Shown: positions 1-9,728 of the stretch, piece after piece
Layout of the letters: each line of letters starts with the position of its first letter
How positions within the stretch are numbered: position 1 is the first letter of the stretch
Source: Bacillales bacterium UBA4691
Lineage (GTDB): Bacteria; Bacillota_I; Bacilli_A; RFN20; CAG-826
Reading direction: 5' to 3'
Assembly: GCA_002404865.1 (NCBI GenBank)
Contig: DHKP01000028.1
Coordinates: 34,809 to 98,808 of the forward strand
DNA length: 64,000 bases
Program-made: the position numbers and the translations under genes
The notes under the pieces: model-generated
The model's input: only the letters and a program-made list of their open reading frames with translations
Database searches by the model: none
What the model was told of the DNA's origin: nothing

Positions 1-117
1 TCTACTTCTTATTTAAGAGAAGACGAACCTATTACGCCTCTTTCTAGAGAGGACGTTCTTAAAAATGCCGGCAATGTCAAAGACGGCCAAATCAAACTTC
101 CAAAGGTGGTGCAATGA
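1..117 (+). CDS. gatC: Asp/Glu-tRNA(Asn/Gln) amidotransferase subunit C, C-terminal fragment (5' end outside window)
   Basis: Frame is open from the window edge (...LSREDVLKNAGNVKDGQIKLPKVVQ*). Its TGA overlaps the gatA ATG (ATGA). It sits directly upstream of gatA-gatB. Confidence 0.7.
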   Translation, partial: STSYLREDEPITPLSREDVLKNAGNVKDGQIKLPKVVQ

Positions 118-1586
118 TGAATTATTTAGATTTACCGCTTAAAGAACTTCACGACGCACTCGTCGCAAAAAAGGTCACGCCACTTGAATTGACCATAGAA
201 GCATTAAAACGCTGCCACGAAAACAAAGACAACGCCTTTGAAAAGATTTGCGATGAAGAGGCTATCGCACTAGCAAGCTCTCTTACGGAAATAGAAAAAG
301 ATAACCCTTTTTGGGGAATTCCGTTTGTAGCGAAAGACAATTACAGCACAAAAGGAATTGAGACGACCGCTTCTAGCAATATCTTGAATGGTTATGTCCC
401 TCTTTTTGACGCAACGGTAATAAAAAAACTATTAGACGCAAAAGCCATCATGGTTGCTAAGGCTACGTTAGATGAACTAGCGATGGGTGGCACTGGGACA
501 ACGGGCCATTTAGGAACTACTTATAATCCTTATGATCCAAAACATGAGCGCCTGGTCGGGGGGAGTAGCTGCGGAAGCGCAGCCGCTGTCGCCGCTTCGA
601 TTGTTCCTTTTGCTTTAGGAAGCGACACGGGGGATTCGGTTCGTAAACCCGCTTCTTACGCTGGATTAGTTGGAATGAAACCGACTTGGGGGAGGATTTC
701 TCGATACGGGTTATTTCCGTTCGCTCCTTCTTTAGACCATGTCGGCTATTTTTCTCGCGATGTCTATACAAGCGCAGCTCTCCTTAATGTTCTTGCTGGG
801 AGAGATAACTTGGATTCCACATCTAGCGACAAACCTGTGGATAAATACGCAGAAGACCTTGATAAACCGGTAAAGGGATTCAAAATCGCCATTATTAAAG
901 AAATTGTCGATGCCATTAATAACGAGAAGCTTTTAAAGCACTTTTTATCTTCGATAGAAGCCTTAAAAAAAGAAGGCGTAGAAGTCGAATATGTCGAATT
1001 CGGCAAAGAGATGCTAGAGAGCCTTTACGCGACTTATTTTGTGATTTCTTGCGCCGAAGCAACGAGCAATGACGCGAATCTAGACGGCATTAAGTTCGGC
1101 CCATATAAAGGCGGCAACACTTATCAAGAAGTGATGTATAACGCTAGAACCGCCGGATTCAGCGAACTCATTAAACGCCGTTTCGTTATCGGCTCTTATG
1201 CCCTAATGAGAGAAAATCAGGAAGAGCTGTTCCTCCGTGCGCAAAAGAATCGCGCCAAAATAGTTGGCCGCGTTAATGAAATCCTTTCTCTTCATGATTT
1301 TATTTACGTTCCTGCCGCTCCTGGCATCGCGCCGAAATATAGCGATAGTAGCGATAAGCTTTCCGATGAATATCTTGTCGCGGACAATCACTTGTGCTTA
1401 GGGAATTTTGCAGGATTACCATCGATCACTTTACCATTATGCTTCATTGACAATATGCCAGTTGGCGTCAATTTTATGGGCAGAGCGTTTGAAGAGAAAA
1501 AACTCTTTCAAATGAGTCATGCATTTGAAAAATTAAGCGGCTTAGCCAATGTAAGCATATTGAATAAGAAGGAGGGGAATTTATGA
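114..1586 (+). CDS. gatA: Glutamyl/aspartyl-tRNA amidotransferase subunit A
   Basis: 490 aa with the amidase signature GGSSCGSAAAVAA and GSDTGDSVRKPAS. The stop overlaps the gatB start. Confidence 0.95.
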   Translation: MMNYLDLPLKELHDALVAKKVTPLELTIEALKRCHENKDNAFEKICDEEAIALASSLTEIEKDNPFWGIPFVAKDNYSTKGIETTASSNILNGYVPLFDATVIKKLLDAKAIMVAKATLDELAMGGTGTTGHLGTTYNPYDPKHERLVGGSSCGSAAAVAASIVPFALGSDTGDSVRKPASYAGLVGMKPTWGRISRYGLFPFAPSLDHVGYFSRDVYTSAALLNVLAGRDNLDSTSSDKPVDKYAEDLDKPVKGFKIAIIKEIVDAINNEKLLKHFLSSIEALKKEGVEVEYVEFGKEMLESLYATYFVISCAEATSNDANLDGIKFGPYKGGNTYQEVMYNARTAGFSELIKRRFVIGSYALMRENQEELFLRAQKNRAKIVGRVNEILSLHDFIYVPAAPGIAPKYSDSSDKLSDEYLVADNHLCLGNFAGLPSITLPLCFIDNMPVGVNFMGRAFEEKKLFQMSHAFEKLSGLANVSILNKKEGNL

Positions 1587-3013
1587 ATTTTGAAGCAGTT
1601 ATCGGCTTAGAGATTCACGTTCAAATGAAGACGAAATCTAAGATGTTTTCGTCCTCACCAAACGGATTCTCCCGTGAAGCAAATAGCGAAGTCACCCCCT
1701 TTGATATGGCTTATCCTGGCACGATGCCAGTTGTAAACAAAGCTGCGGTCATTAATGCGATTCGTGTGGCAAATGCTTTACATATGACCATCGATCATAC
1801 TCTTCACTTTGACCGCAAGAATTATTTCTATAGTGACCTTCCCAAGGGTTTCCAAATCACTCAGCAGCGTCGTCCTATCGGTTCGAATGGTTATATCGAA
1901 ATCGAAGAGCCGGACGGTTCTAAACGCAAAATCCGTATTGAAAGAATCCATATGGAAGAAGATACCTGTAAGCAAGAGCACTTCCTTGATTATACCTTGC
2001 TTGATTATAACCGTGCTGGTACCCCACTTGTGGAAATCGTCTCTCTCCCTGATATCAAAAACGGTTACGAGGCCCAAAAATACGTGGAAGGCATTCGTAA
2101 TATCGTCGTCTATAGCGGGACAAGCGATGGAAAAATGGAAGAAGGGTCCTTGCGTTGTGACACGAACGTTTCCATTCGCCCAATCGGTAGCCAAGAATTC
2201 GGCACCAAAGTCGAAGTCAAAAACATCAATTCCTTGAAAAACGTTGCTTTGGCTATCGACTATGAAATCGAGCGTCAAAGCCGCGTCTATTTAAGCGGAG
2301 GGAAAGTCCAGCAAGAAACAAGGCGTTTTGATGAAGCGACAGGCAAAACCGTCCTCATGCGTATTAAAACTGACGCGGTGGACTATAAATACTTCCCTGA
2401 ACCAAATATCACTCCGATTAAACTGAGCGCTGAATTTGTTGCCAATGCGATTTCTTCTTGCCCTGAATTATATGATTCTAAGAAAGAAAGATATTTAGCG
2501 ATGGGTTTATCGAAAGATGATGTTTCCATCATTTTAAGCGACCCTTTCATGGCGAATTATTTTGAGGAAGGAGCAAATAAAGTCAAAAATCCGAAGAATT
2601 TCGCAAACTTCCTCATTGTTGAAATTAACGCCTATCTCAATAAGAAAAACATGGCAATCTCTTCTTTGAAATTATCTCCTCTTACCCTTGCTGAAATCGT
2701 CTCGATGCAAGAAACTGGCGGCTTATCTCACAAACAATGCTCCGATATCCTTTTCAAAGTGCTAGATAGTGATTTGTCTCCGCTTGAAGCGAAAAAATCT
2801 TTGCATATCGAAGCTCAAGTTAATGATACTGGCGCGATTATGACCTTCGTCAATCAAGCGTTAGAAGCCAATCCTCAATCAATTATCGACTATAAAGCGG
2901 GCAAAGATCGCGCTCTCGGTTTCCTTGTTGGGCAAGTAATGAAGCTAAGCCATGGCAAAGTAAATCCCGCTGAAGCTTCCCGCTTATTAAAAGAAGAATT
3001 ATTAAAGAGATAA
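1583..3013 (+). CDS. gatB: Glutamyl/aspartyl-tRNA amidotransferase subunit B
   Basis: 476 aa. N-terminus is FEAVIGLEIHVQ, followed by HMEEDTCK and a C-terminal GatB/YqeY-like tail. Translationally coupled to gatA. Confidence 0.95.
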   Translation: MNFEAVIGLEIHVQMKTKSKMFSSSPNGFSREANSEVTPFDMAYPGTMPVVNKAAVINAIRVANALHMTIDHTLHFDRKNYFYSDLPKGFQITQQRRPIGSNGYIEIEEPDGSKRKIRIERIHMEEDTCKQEHFLDYTLLDYNRAGTPLVEIVSLPDIKNGYEAQKYVEGIRNIVVYSGTSDGKMEEGSLRCDTNVSIRPIGSQEFGTKVEVKNINSLKNVALAIDYEIERQSRVYLSGGKVQQETRRFDEATGKTVLMRIKTDAVDYKYFPEPNITPIKLSAEFVANAISSCPELYDSKKERYLAMGLSKDDVSIILSDPFMANYFEEGANKVKNPKNFANFLIVEINAYLNKKNMAISSLKLSPLTLAEIVSMQETGGLSHKQCSDILFKVLDSDLSPLEAKKSLHIEAQVNDTGAIMTFVNQALEANPQSIIDYKAGKDRALGFLVGQVMKLSHGKVNPAEASRLLKEELLKR

Positions 3014-3018
3014 CATCT

Positions 3019-3795
3019 ATGGAAAAAGAAGCTCAAGAATTAAAAAAATGGCTTGAAAGCGCCTCTTCTTTTACTTTGCCAGACTATAAATCTTTACCGA
3101 CTGTTCCTCTATATATGGAGCAGGTCATTATGTACATTAACGATATCCTTGCCCCTCTTAGCATCGGCGAGAAGAATAAGCTCACCTCTTTCATGGTGAA
3201 CAATTACGTAAAAGCAGGCATGATAAGCGCTCCAGAAAAGAAAAAATACACAGAGGATCATTTGGGGTATTTACTCGCGATTTCTTGCTTAAAAGACACT
3301 CTTTCGATGACGGATTTATCTTTACTTATTGAGATGGATTCCCATGTTTCTAGCGACAAAAGCGTCCTTTACCGTTTCTTTGCCTCTATGACGAATAACG
3401 CGCTTCAAGAAAAAGCAAAAACCATTCTTTCAAAAATCGAATCTTACGAAAGGCGTTACGAAAAAGAAGTCGTAGCGGATGAAACCAAGGCCGAAAACGA
3501 CCTTCGCGATGCCTTAGGCCTTACGGCGTTCCGTCTAGCCATCCAATCAGAAGTGGACCAAGTGATTTCAAAGGCGATTCTAAAAGTGATCGCTGAGAAT
3601 ATGCATGGCGAAGCAGTATGGGAAGCGGTGAATAATCGCGGCGCACACGAAGTAAAACGCGAAATGAAGATCTCTTTAGCGGAATCTGAACGCATCGCGG
3701 TAGCGAAACAAAAGCAAGAGGCGGAAAAATCTAAGAAGAACAAAAAAGAAAAAGGAAAAAACATTAAAAATCAGGAGGATAAAAAGAATGATTAA
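3019..3795 (+). CDS. DUF1836-family protein with a Lys/Glu-rich tail
   Basis: The pattern LPTVPLYMEQVIMYINDIL...LTSFMVNNYVKAGMISAPEKKKYTEDHLGYLLAISCLK matches my recollection of DUF1836. The C-terminus is low-complexity K/E. Confidence 0.6.
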   Translation: MEKEAQELKKWLESASSFTLPDYKSLPTVPLYMEQVIMYINDILAPLSIGEKNKLTSFMVNNYVKAGMISAPEKKKYTEDHLGYLLAISCLKDTLSMTDLSLLIEMDSHVSSDKSVLYRFFASMTNNALQEKAKTILSKIESYERRYEKEVVADETKAENDLRDALGLTAFRLAIQSEVDQVISKAILKVIAENMHGEAVWEAVNNRGAHEVKREMKISLAESERIAVAKQKQEAEKSKKNKKEKGKNIKNQEDKKND

Positions 3796-4807
3796 AAATG
3801 TTTTGGTTACAGGTGGGCTAGGTTTTATTGGAAGCGAAACCGCGATTGAGCTCATCCAAAGCGGGTATAACCCCATCATCATCGACAATTTGTACAATGC
3901 GAAGAAATCCGTGCTTGACCGCATTGAAACGATTACTCATGTTCGCCCAAAATTCTATGAAATCGACGCGGCGAATTATCTAGACACCAAAAAGGTTTTC
4001 TTAGAGAATAAAATCGATGCTGTTATCCATTTCGCTGGCTATAAAGCGGTTGGAGAATCCGTGCAAAAACCAATCGAATATTATGAAAATAACCTTGGGA
4101 GCGCATTGAATGTCCTTCGCATTATGAAAGAGGTAGGCTCCAAAAATTTCGTTTTCTCTAGCAGTGCGACGGTATATGGGGTCCCTAAACGCGTCCCTCT
4201 AGTAGAAACTGATCCTATTGGAGAAGCGACAAATCCCTATGGAGAAACCAAAATTATGATTGAAAGGATTTTAAAGGATATTTCTTTTGCCGATCCTTCC
4301 TTCAACGTGATTCTATTAAGGTATTTTAATCCAATCGGCGCTCATCCTTCTGGACTTCTTGGTGAAGACCCGACTGGCATCCCAAATAACCTCATGCCAT
4401 ATATCACCCAAGTTGCGATTGGGAAACTTCCACGTTTAAGAGTCTTTGGCGATGATTACCCAACTAAAGATGGTACCGGCATCCGCGACTATATCCACGT
4501 CGTTGATTTAGCAAAGGGGCATGTTGCCGCGCTTAAGAAATTAGACGAAGTCCCAGGCTTAGTGATTTATAACTTGGGCACAGGAAAAGGAACAAGCGTT
4601 TTGGAACTCGTTCACGCTTTTGAAGAAGCAAACGGCGTTAAGATTCCTTATGAAATCCTTCCGCGTCGCGCAGGGGATGTTACAGAAAACTACGCCTCTT
4701 GCCAAAAAGCGGAAAAAGAGCTTCACTGGAAAGCGACGCTTACCATTGTCGATGCATGTCGCGATGCCTATAACTTCCAGAAGAAGAATCCAAACGGAAT
4801 CGAATAA
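3788..4807 (+). CDS. galE: UDP-glucose 4-epimerase
   Basis: 339 aa with a Rossmann VTGGLGFIGSE motif, SSSATVYG and a catalytic PYGETK (YxxxK). Confidence 0.9.
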   Translation: MIKNVLVTGGLGFIGSETAIELIQSGYNPIIIDNLYNAKKSVLDRIETITHVRPKFYEIDAANYLDTKKVFLENKIDAVIHFAGYKAVGESVQKPIEYYENNLGSALNVLRIMKEVGSKNFVFSSSATVYGVPKRVPLVETDPIGEATNPYGETKIMIERILKDISFADPSFNVILLRYFNPIGAHPSGLLGEDPTGIPNNLMPYITQVAIGKLPRLRVFGDDYPTKDGTGIRDYIHVVDLAKGHVAALKKLDEVPGLVIYNLGTGKGTSVLELVHAFEEANGVKIPYEILPRRAGDVTENYASCQKAEKELHWKATLTIVDACRDAYNFQKKNPNGIE

Positions 4808-4840
4808 TTTTGGAATTGCCTAAAACGGTTTAGCCTCTTT

Positions 4841-4864
4841 TCGATATATCGGTAGGTCGATATA
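4841..4864 (+). promoter_or_regulatory. Direct repeat TCGATATA-N8-TCGATATA upstream of the HTH gene remnant (possible operator)
   Basis: TCGATATA occurs at 4841-4848 and again at 4857-4864, just 5' of the ATG at 4873. Confidence 0.25.
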
Positions 4865-4872
4865 ACAAGCGT

Positions 4873-5380
4873 ATGGATGGCGTGACCTTAAAATACTTGA
4901 TTGAAAAACAAGGCAAAAGCCTTTATTCGCTTTCTAAAGAAAGTGGCATTTTCTTATTCCACGCTTCACGATATCGTCGACGGGAAAATCCCTCTTATTA
5001 AATTAAGGGTGGAGCTTTTCGCTATATTGTCCAAATCCTTGAACGTCTCGATGGATGAGCTTTATAAAAACGAAAGGAAGCGTCTTACAAAAAAGATTCC
5101 TAAGGATTTCTACCCATGGTTTTGGGATACTGTACCAGATAAGATCAGCTTAAAAGATAATAAAAACTACGTGATTTGCCGTTTATTAAATAAAGGTAAT
5201 ATCGAACAAATAAATGGCTCCTTATGACGTATACCGATGAGGAAATCAAAGATACTGTGCTTCACGCCAGGAACTTTGATCCAGTTTCGCAAATTATCTA
5301 AAGAACACGTATCACTTAAAGAAAGAAGACATGGTCTATTACAAGATGCATGCAGATATTCCGTGGAGGTAATTCGAATT
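4873..5380 (+). pseudogene. Frameshifted XRE-type HTH protein, putative antitoxin partner of the downstream nucleotidyltransferase
   Basis: The ATG at 4873 gives MDGVTLKYLIEKQGKSLYSLSKESGI. The HTH continues as SYSTLHDIVDGKIPL in another frame, with the break at the T-run 4949-4952. A second break lies at AAA 5212-5214 (..NKGNIEQI / WLLMTYTDEEIKDTVLHARNFDP). A third frame change or stop lies near 5299. Confidence 0.6.
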
Positions 5381-6081
5381 ATGCTTCATTTAGAGATATT
5401 GGATCAAAGTAGAATTCAGCTTCTAAAGGAAATATCTTCCTTTGATTTCATTCATAACTTTTATATGGCGGGAGGCACTGCATTATCTCTACAAAAAGGA
5501 TATCGCATGTCTATGGATTTTGATTTTTTTGCCCTCATCTTTTTAACCCGGAAGTGATTATGAGCAAAGCGAAAGAAATTGATCCTTCATTTCAAGCCAT
5601 TACCGTAAGGCATGATACCTGCGATTTACTCATCAAAGGAGTTCAGGTCTCTTTCTTTTATTATCCCTATTCTCAAATGGATGAGTTTGTCATAGATAAG
5701 GAATTTCCAGGACTAAAGCTTGCTTCTATTATTGATATTGCATGTATGAAATCTATTGCAATCAGTGAGAGAGGAACAAAAAAAGATTTTTTCGATTTAT
5801 ACTGGATAATTCATGATGAAAAATTAAGCGCGAAATCCTTAGTGAAAACAATGATGACGAAGTATGGCAAAGCCAGAAATTACCCTTTTGTCGCTATGAG
5901 CCTTCAGTACTTCATAGATGCCGATGAAGAAAAGCTTCCAAATTTTTATAAACCTTGCGATTGGGAAACAATAAAGAACTTTTTCATTATTTTTCTAAAG
6001 ACTTTTCGCAAACGCTTCTTTCCAATAACGATTAACGCTACAAAATTAGACAAACCTTTTCTTTTCGTTCATGGACGCTAA
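5381..6081 (+). pseudogene. AbiEii/DUF1814-type nucleotidyltransferase toxin, frameshifted
   Basis: MLHLEILDQSRIQLLKEISS..FYMAGGTALSLQKGYRMSMDFDFF is interrupted at T7 (5524-5530). It continues in another frame as PHLFNPEVIMSKAKEI...DIACMKSIAISERGTKKDFFDLYWI. A GGAGG RBS lies upstream of the 5381 ATG. Confidence 0.65.
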
Positions 6082-6118
6082 AAAAGGTTCTTTGTATAAT
6101 TTAATCGAGGACTAACAT

Positions 6119-7018
6119 ATGGACAAATTTGAAGTCGTTTTGCCGAATAACAAAAAGATTTTCGGCGCTACTTATAAAAAAGAAGGAACCACAAAAAACA
6201 TCCTGATTCAAACAGGCATGTGTGAGCACGCGACGCGTTATGAGCCTTTCGCGAAGATGTTGAATCATGAAGGGTTTAACGTTTATATCATGGACGCTTT
6301 CGGGCAAGGATTAAATGTCGAGAAAGAGGAAGACCAAGAAAAGTGGCATAAAGGCGCTTTCTTCGATAATGTCGACGCGCTTGGCTTAATGGCGATGCGA
6401 TTAAAGAAAGAGGAGAAGCCACTTGCTTTAATGGGCCATTCCATGGGTTCATTTATGACGCAAAGTTTCTTAGAGAGGCATCCTGGGATAGTGGATAAAG
6501 TCATTATCATGTCTAGCAACGGGCCTAATGCAAAGCTCACTGTTAAGTTAGGCGCTCTCCTCGCTAAATTCATGGTGAACAAGAAAAACTGGGACAAAGA
6601 AGGGAAACGAATCCAAAAAATTGCTTGGGGCAATTATCTTGATCGAATCGCTAATAAGAAAACCGATTTTGATTGGCTCTCCGTCGATGAACAAAATATA
6701 ATCGACTTTATGGCTGATCCATACTGCGGATATCCCGCAACAAACGGCTTCTGGCATGAATTCTTAAGGGGATTACGAACGCTTTATTTAAGGAAGAACC
6801 TGAAGAAAATCGATAAGAACCAAGAAATTCTTATTGTCGCAGGAAGCGAAGATCCGGTTGGAGCATGGGGAAAAGGCCCACGCGCTTTAGCGGATATGTA
6901 CCGCAAACTCGGCGTGAAGAATGTTGAGCTTCATATTTATGAAGGCATGAGGCATGAAATCCTTCATGAAAAGGACTACAAGCTCGTGGAAGACGACATT
7001 AAACTATTCTTGAAGTAA
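6119..7018 (+). CDS. Alpha/beta hydrolase (lysophospholipase/monoacylglycerol lipase-like)
   Basis: 299 aa with the nucleophile elbow GHSMGSF and a C-terminal ...GMRHEILHE His motif. Confidence 0.8.
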   Translation: MDKFEVVLPNNKKIFGATYKKEGTTKNILIQTGMCEHATRYEPFAKMLNHEGFNVYIMDAFGQGLNVEKEEDQEKWHKGAFFDNVDALGLMAMRLKKEEKPLALMGHSMGSFMTQSFLERHPGIVDKVIIMSSNGPNAKLTVKLGALLAKFMVNKKNWDKEGKRIQKIAWGNYLDRIANKKTDFDWLSVDEQNIIDFMADPYCGYPATNGFWHEFLRGLRTLYLRKNLKKIDKNQEILIVAGSEDPVGAWGKGPRALADMYRKLGVKNVELHIYEGMRHEILHEKDYKLVEDDIKLFLK

Positions 7019-7044
7019 GCGAAAAAGATAAATAAATCTTTGGT

Positions 7045-7067
7045 AAGGCGATTTAGTTCGCCTTTTT
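7045..7067 (+). terminator. Rho-independent terminator
   Basis: AAGGCGA-TTTAGT-TCGCCTT followed by a T-run. Confidence 0.7.
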
Positions 7068-7180
7068 AAATAACTTGTAGCTTCCATTGTGTTCGCCTTT
7101 GTTCGCTTTTCGGATGATTATTTCAGCGATTATGTGATGATTTTGTGCTTGGCTAAAAATGGTGAGGCGGTTCATAATCA

Positions 7181-7198
7181 AACTAACGAACATTAGTT
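7181..7198 (+). promoter_or_regulatory. Inverted repeat AACTAA-N6-TTAGTT, candidate TetR operator
   Basis: Perfect 6-bp arms, 17 nt upstream of the TetR-family ATG and adjacent to a TATAGA -10-like element. Confidence 0.4.
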
Positions 7199-7214
7199 AG
7201 TATAGAGGAACGCC

Positions 7215-7841
7215 ATGCAAAAAATAGAGACAAAGCAAAAGATACTCACCAAAGCATTAGAATTATTTTCGGAACGTGGCTATGACGCCGTCAGCGTTGA
7301 CGAAATCGCAAAGGCGGTCGGTATCAAAGCCCCATCGCTTTATAATCATTTTCCAAGCAAAAAGGCAATCTTTCTTGCCATCGTGGAATCCATTCAATCA
7401 CAGTATGACGAGGATACCGACCAAATTGACATCCATGTCGGGGACGCGAAGAAAGATATTCCCCAATTTGAAGAAACCTCTTTTGAGACACTATTTGAAA
7501 AAGTGCGCCAAATGTTTCTCTACTCTCTCCATAACCAAACGATTAGCCGTTTCCGAAGGATGATGACTATCGAACAATTTCGTTCCCAAGAATTAGGCTC
7601 ACTTTATTCAAAGCAATATGTGGATTGCCTTTTACGCTACCACGCCGATATTTTCCGCTCCTTGATTAAAAATGATGAGATTGCTAATGAGGATCCAGAG
7701 GCTCTAGCCTTGATGTATGTCGCTCCTATCGCTTTGCTCATTGGGGTTTGCGACCGTAACCCGGAAAAAGAACAAGAATGCTTAAAAAAGCTTCATAGTC
7801 ACGTAGAGCTATTCTTCCGTATGGTCCATCGGAAAAAATAA
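7215..7841 (+). CDS. TetR/AcrR family transcriptional regulator
   Basis: N-terminal HTH ILTKALELFSERGYDAVSVDEIAKAVGIKAPSLYNHFPSKKAIF. Confidence 0.9.
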   Translation: MQKIETKQKILTKALELFSERGYDAVSVDEIAKAVGIKAPSLYNHFPSKKAIFLAIVESIQSQYDEDTDQIDIHVGDAKKDIPQFEETSFETLFEKVRQMFLYSLHNQTISRFRRMMTIEQFRSQELGSLYSKQYVDCLLRYHADIFRSLIKNDEIANEDPEALALMYVAPIALLIGVCDRNPEKEQECLKKLHSHVELFFRMVHRKK

Positions 7842-7965
7842 AAGCGAATATCTACGATTATTGTTATAGAACCATCGTTATGGCTGGCGCTAAAGAGGGT
7901 TTTCCTTTACTTGATGATTCTTATGCCTCGCTTCTATTTTCAATTGCTAATCATAAGGAGTAAAT

Positions 7966-8608
7966 ATGAAAAAATCTTTGTTACAAATGCTTGGTTTGCT
8001 TGGCGTTATAAGCTTTCTTTCCTATTTGATTGCCGTAGCTGTCTCTCCTCTTGCTTATCCTGGATATGATTCTTTAAGGCAAGCGGTCAGCGATTTAAGC
8101 GCTACAAATGCCCCATCGCTTTCCTTATGGAATCAACTATCTAGTTTCTATAGCGTTTGCGAGGTTACTTCCGTTACGGTTGTTTGCGTCGGAATACAAG
8201 GACAAAAAAACAAAGCTTCTTCGCCTGGGCGTTTATTTATTCGCGATTATGGAATGGGTTTCCGCGATTGGCTATAAGATGTTCCCTCTTTCAGATAGTG
8301 GATATGCTGGAAAGTTCCAAGATGTAATGCATATGGCCATCACCGCCATTGTGGTACTTTTATCCATTGTCTCGCTCACCGTGATTATTGTCGCAGGCAT
8401 TAAAAATAAGAGCTGCCGTTCTTATATGGTTTGCGCTGCGATTGCCTTAGCCATGATGCTTATTGGTGCATTGGGAATGAAGATTGTGCCCATTGATTAT
8501 TTCGGCGTGGTGGAGCGATTCAGCGTTTTCGCGGCGACCGGTTTCAATATGGCACTTGGGATTCATCTATTTTGCATGGATAGGGGCAATCTGAGATGCA
8601 ATTATTAG
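7966..8608 (+). pseudogene. DUF998-family membrane protein, frameshifted at an A7 run
   Basis: ORFs 7966-8277 and 8108-8608 are two halves of one polytopic protein (..VTVVCVGIQGQK | TKLLRLGVYLFAIMEWVSAIGYKMFPL..). The frames meet at A7 8204-8210, and A6 would restore a single ORF. Confidence 0.65.
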
Positions 8609-8620
8609 AAAGGAGTGATT

Positions 8621-9208
8621 ATGACCGTATCTAATCTCGTTATTCGAAATGAAACAAAAGACGACGAAAGAAAAACCGAAATACTTGTTCGAGATGCATT
8701 TATGAACGTCTATCGCAAAGGATGCGTCGAACATTATGTGCTTCATAAATTTCGAGACGATCCAATGTTCGTCCCCGAATTGGATTTTGTCTTAGAGCTT
8801 GACAAGAAACTGATTGGACAGATTATTTACATCCGTTCTGAAATTGATTGCGATGATGGTAGAAAGATCCCCCTTATGACTTTTGGCCCTATTAGCGTTG
8901 CGCCTAGTCACCAACGGCAAGGCTATGGGAAACAACTTGTTCTTTATTCACTAAAAAGAGCTAAGGAGATGGGAGTAGGCGCAATCGCGATTACGGGAGA
9001 TATTCATTATTATGAACAATTTGGATTTACTTTAGGCAAGTGGATAGGGATTCATTACGGGAGCGATCCCGAAGCGGATTATTTTCTCGTCAAGGAACTT
9101 ATCCCCGGATTTCTCGATGGTATTTCGGGTACTTATCAAGACCCGGAAGGCTATTTTGTCCATGAAAAGAATCCCGTAGACTTCGCAAAATATGAAGCAA
9201 CTTTTTAA
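8621..9208 (+). CDS. GNAT family N-acetyltransferase
   Basis: Acetyl-CoA motif A is HQRQGYGKQLV. The ATG at 8621 lies 5 nt after AGGAG; the ORF-track GTG at 8615 abuts the RBS. Confidence 0.8.
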   Translation: MTVSNLVIRNETKDDERKTEILVRDAFMNVYRKGCVEHYVLHKFRDDPMFVPELDFVLELDKKLIGQIIYIRSEIDCDDGRKIPLMTFGPISVAPSHQRQGYGKQLVLYSLKRAKEMGVGAIAITGDIHYYEQFGFTLGKWIGIHYGSDPEADYFLVKELIPGFLDGISGTYQDPEGYFVHEKNPVDFAKYEATF

Positions 9209-9276
9209 AAAGACAATTGCTTGATATTTTTCCTAGAGGCGTTATTGAACCGCAATTTTTAACATTGATAAAACCT

Positions 9277-9609
9277 ATGGCAAGCAGTAAAGAATACCTT
9301 GAATTTATTTTGGAGCAATTATCTTCTTTGGATAAGATAACCTATCGCCCAATGATGGGGGAATACATCATTTATTATCGTGAGATAATTGTCGGCGGAT
9401 TATACGATGATAGGCTATTGGTAAAACCGGCAAAATCGGTATTAAGATATATAGAGAAACCGATTTATGATGTCCCTTATGAGGGTGGGAAAAAGATGCT
9501 GCTCATTTTGGATGTGGATAATAGAGAACTATTGGGAAATATCTTTAATGCGCTTTATGATGAACTTCTTTTATCAAAACCACCGCGAAGAAGAAATCAT
9601 TTGCGTTAA
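9277..9609 (+). CDS. TfoX N-terminal domain protein
   Basis: MASSKEYLEFILEQLSSLDKITYRPMMGEYIIYYREIIVGGLYDDRLLVKP is a typical TfoX_N. The start was moved to the internal ATG. Confidence 0.7.
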   Translation: MASSKEYLEFILEQLSSLDKITYRPMMGEYIIYYREIIVGGLYDDRLLVKPAKSVLRYIEKPIYDVPYEGGKKMLLILDVDNRELLGNIFNALYDELLLSKPPRRRNHLR

Positions 9610-9682
9610 TCGCTTTTGATAGCCAAAGAAACAAAAAAGAGCTTGGCAGTATCGAATGGAGGTAGCTAAACATCGGTTTAAA

Positions 9683-9709
9683 TAGAAAACCCCTCTTTTG
9701 CGAGGGGGG
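9683..9709 (-). terminator. Rho-independent terminator of the nadK-nfnAB transcription unit
   Basis: Minus strand reads CCCCTC-GCAAAA-GAGGGG followed by UUUU. Confidence 0.65.
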
Positions 9710-9728
9710 AAGAACAAACAATAAATGT

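Noticed and set aside
1778-2278. ORFs 1778-2278 (-) and 1809-2237 (+) within gatB
   Set aside because: They overlap a well-supported conserved CDS and have no independent signals.
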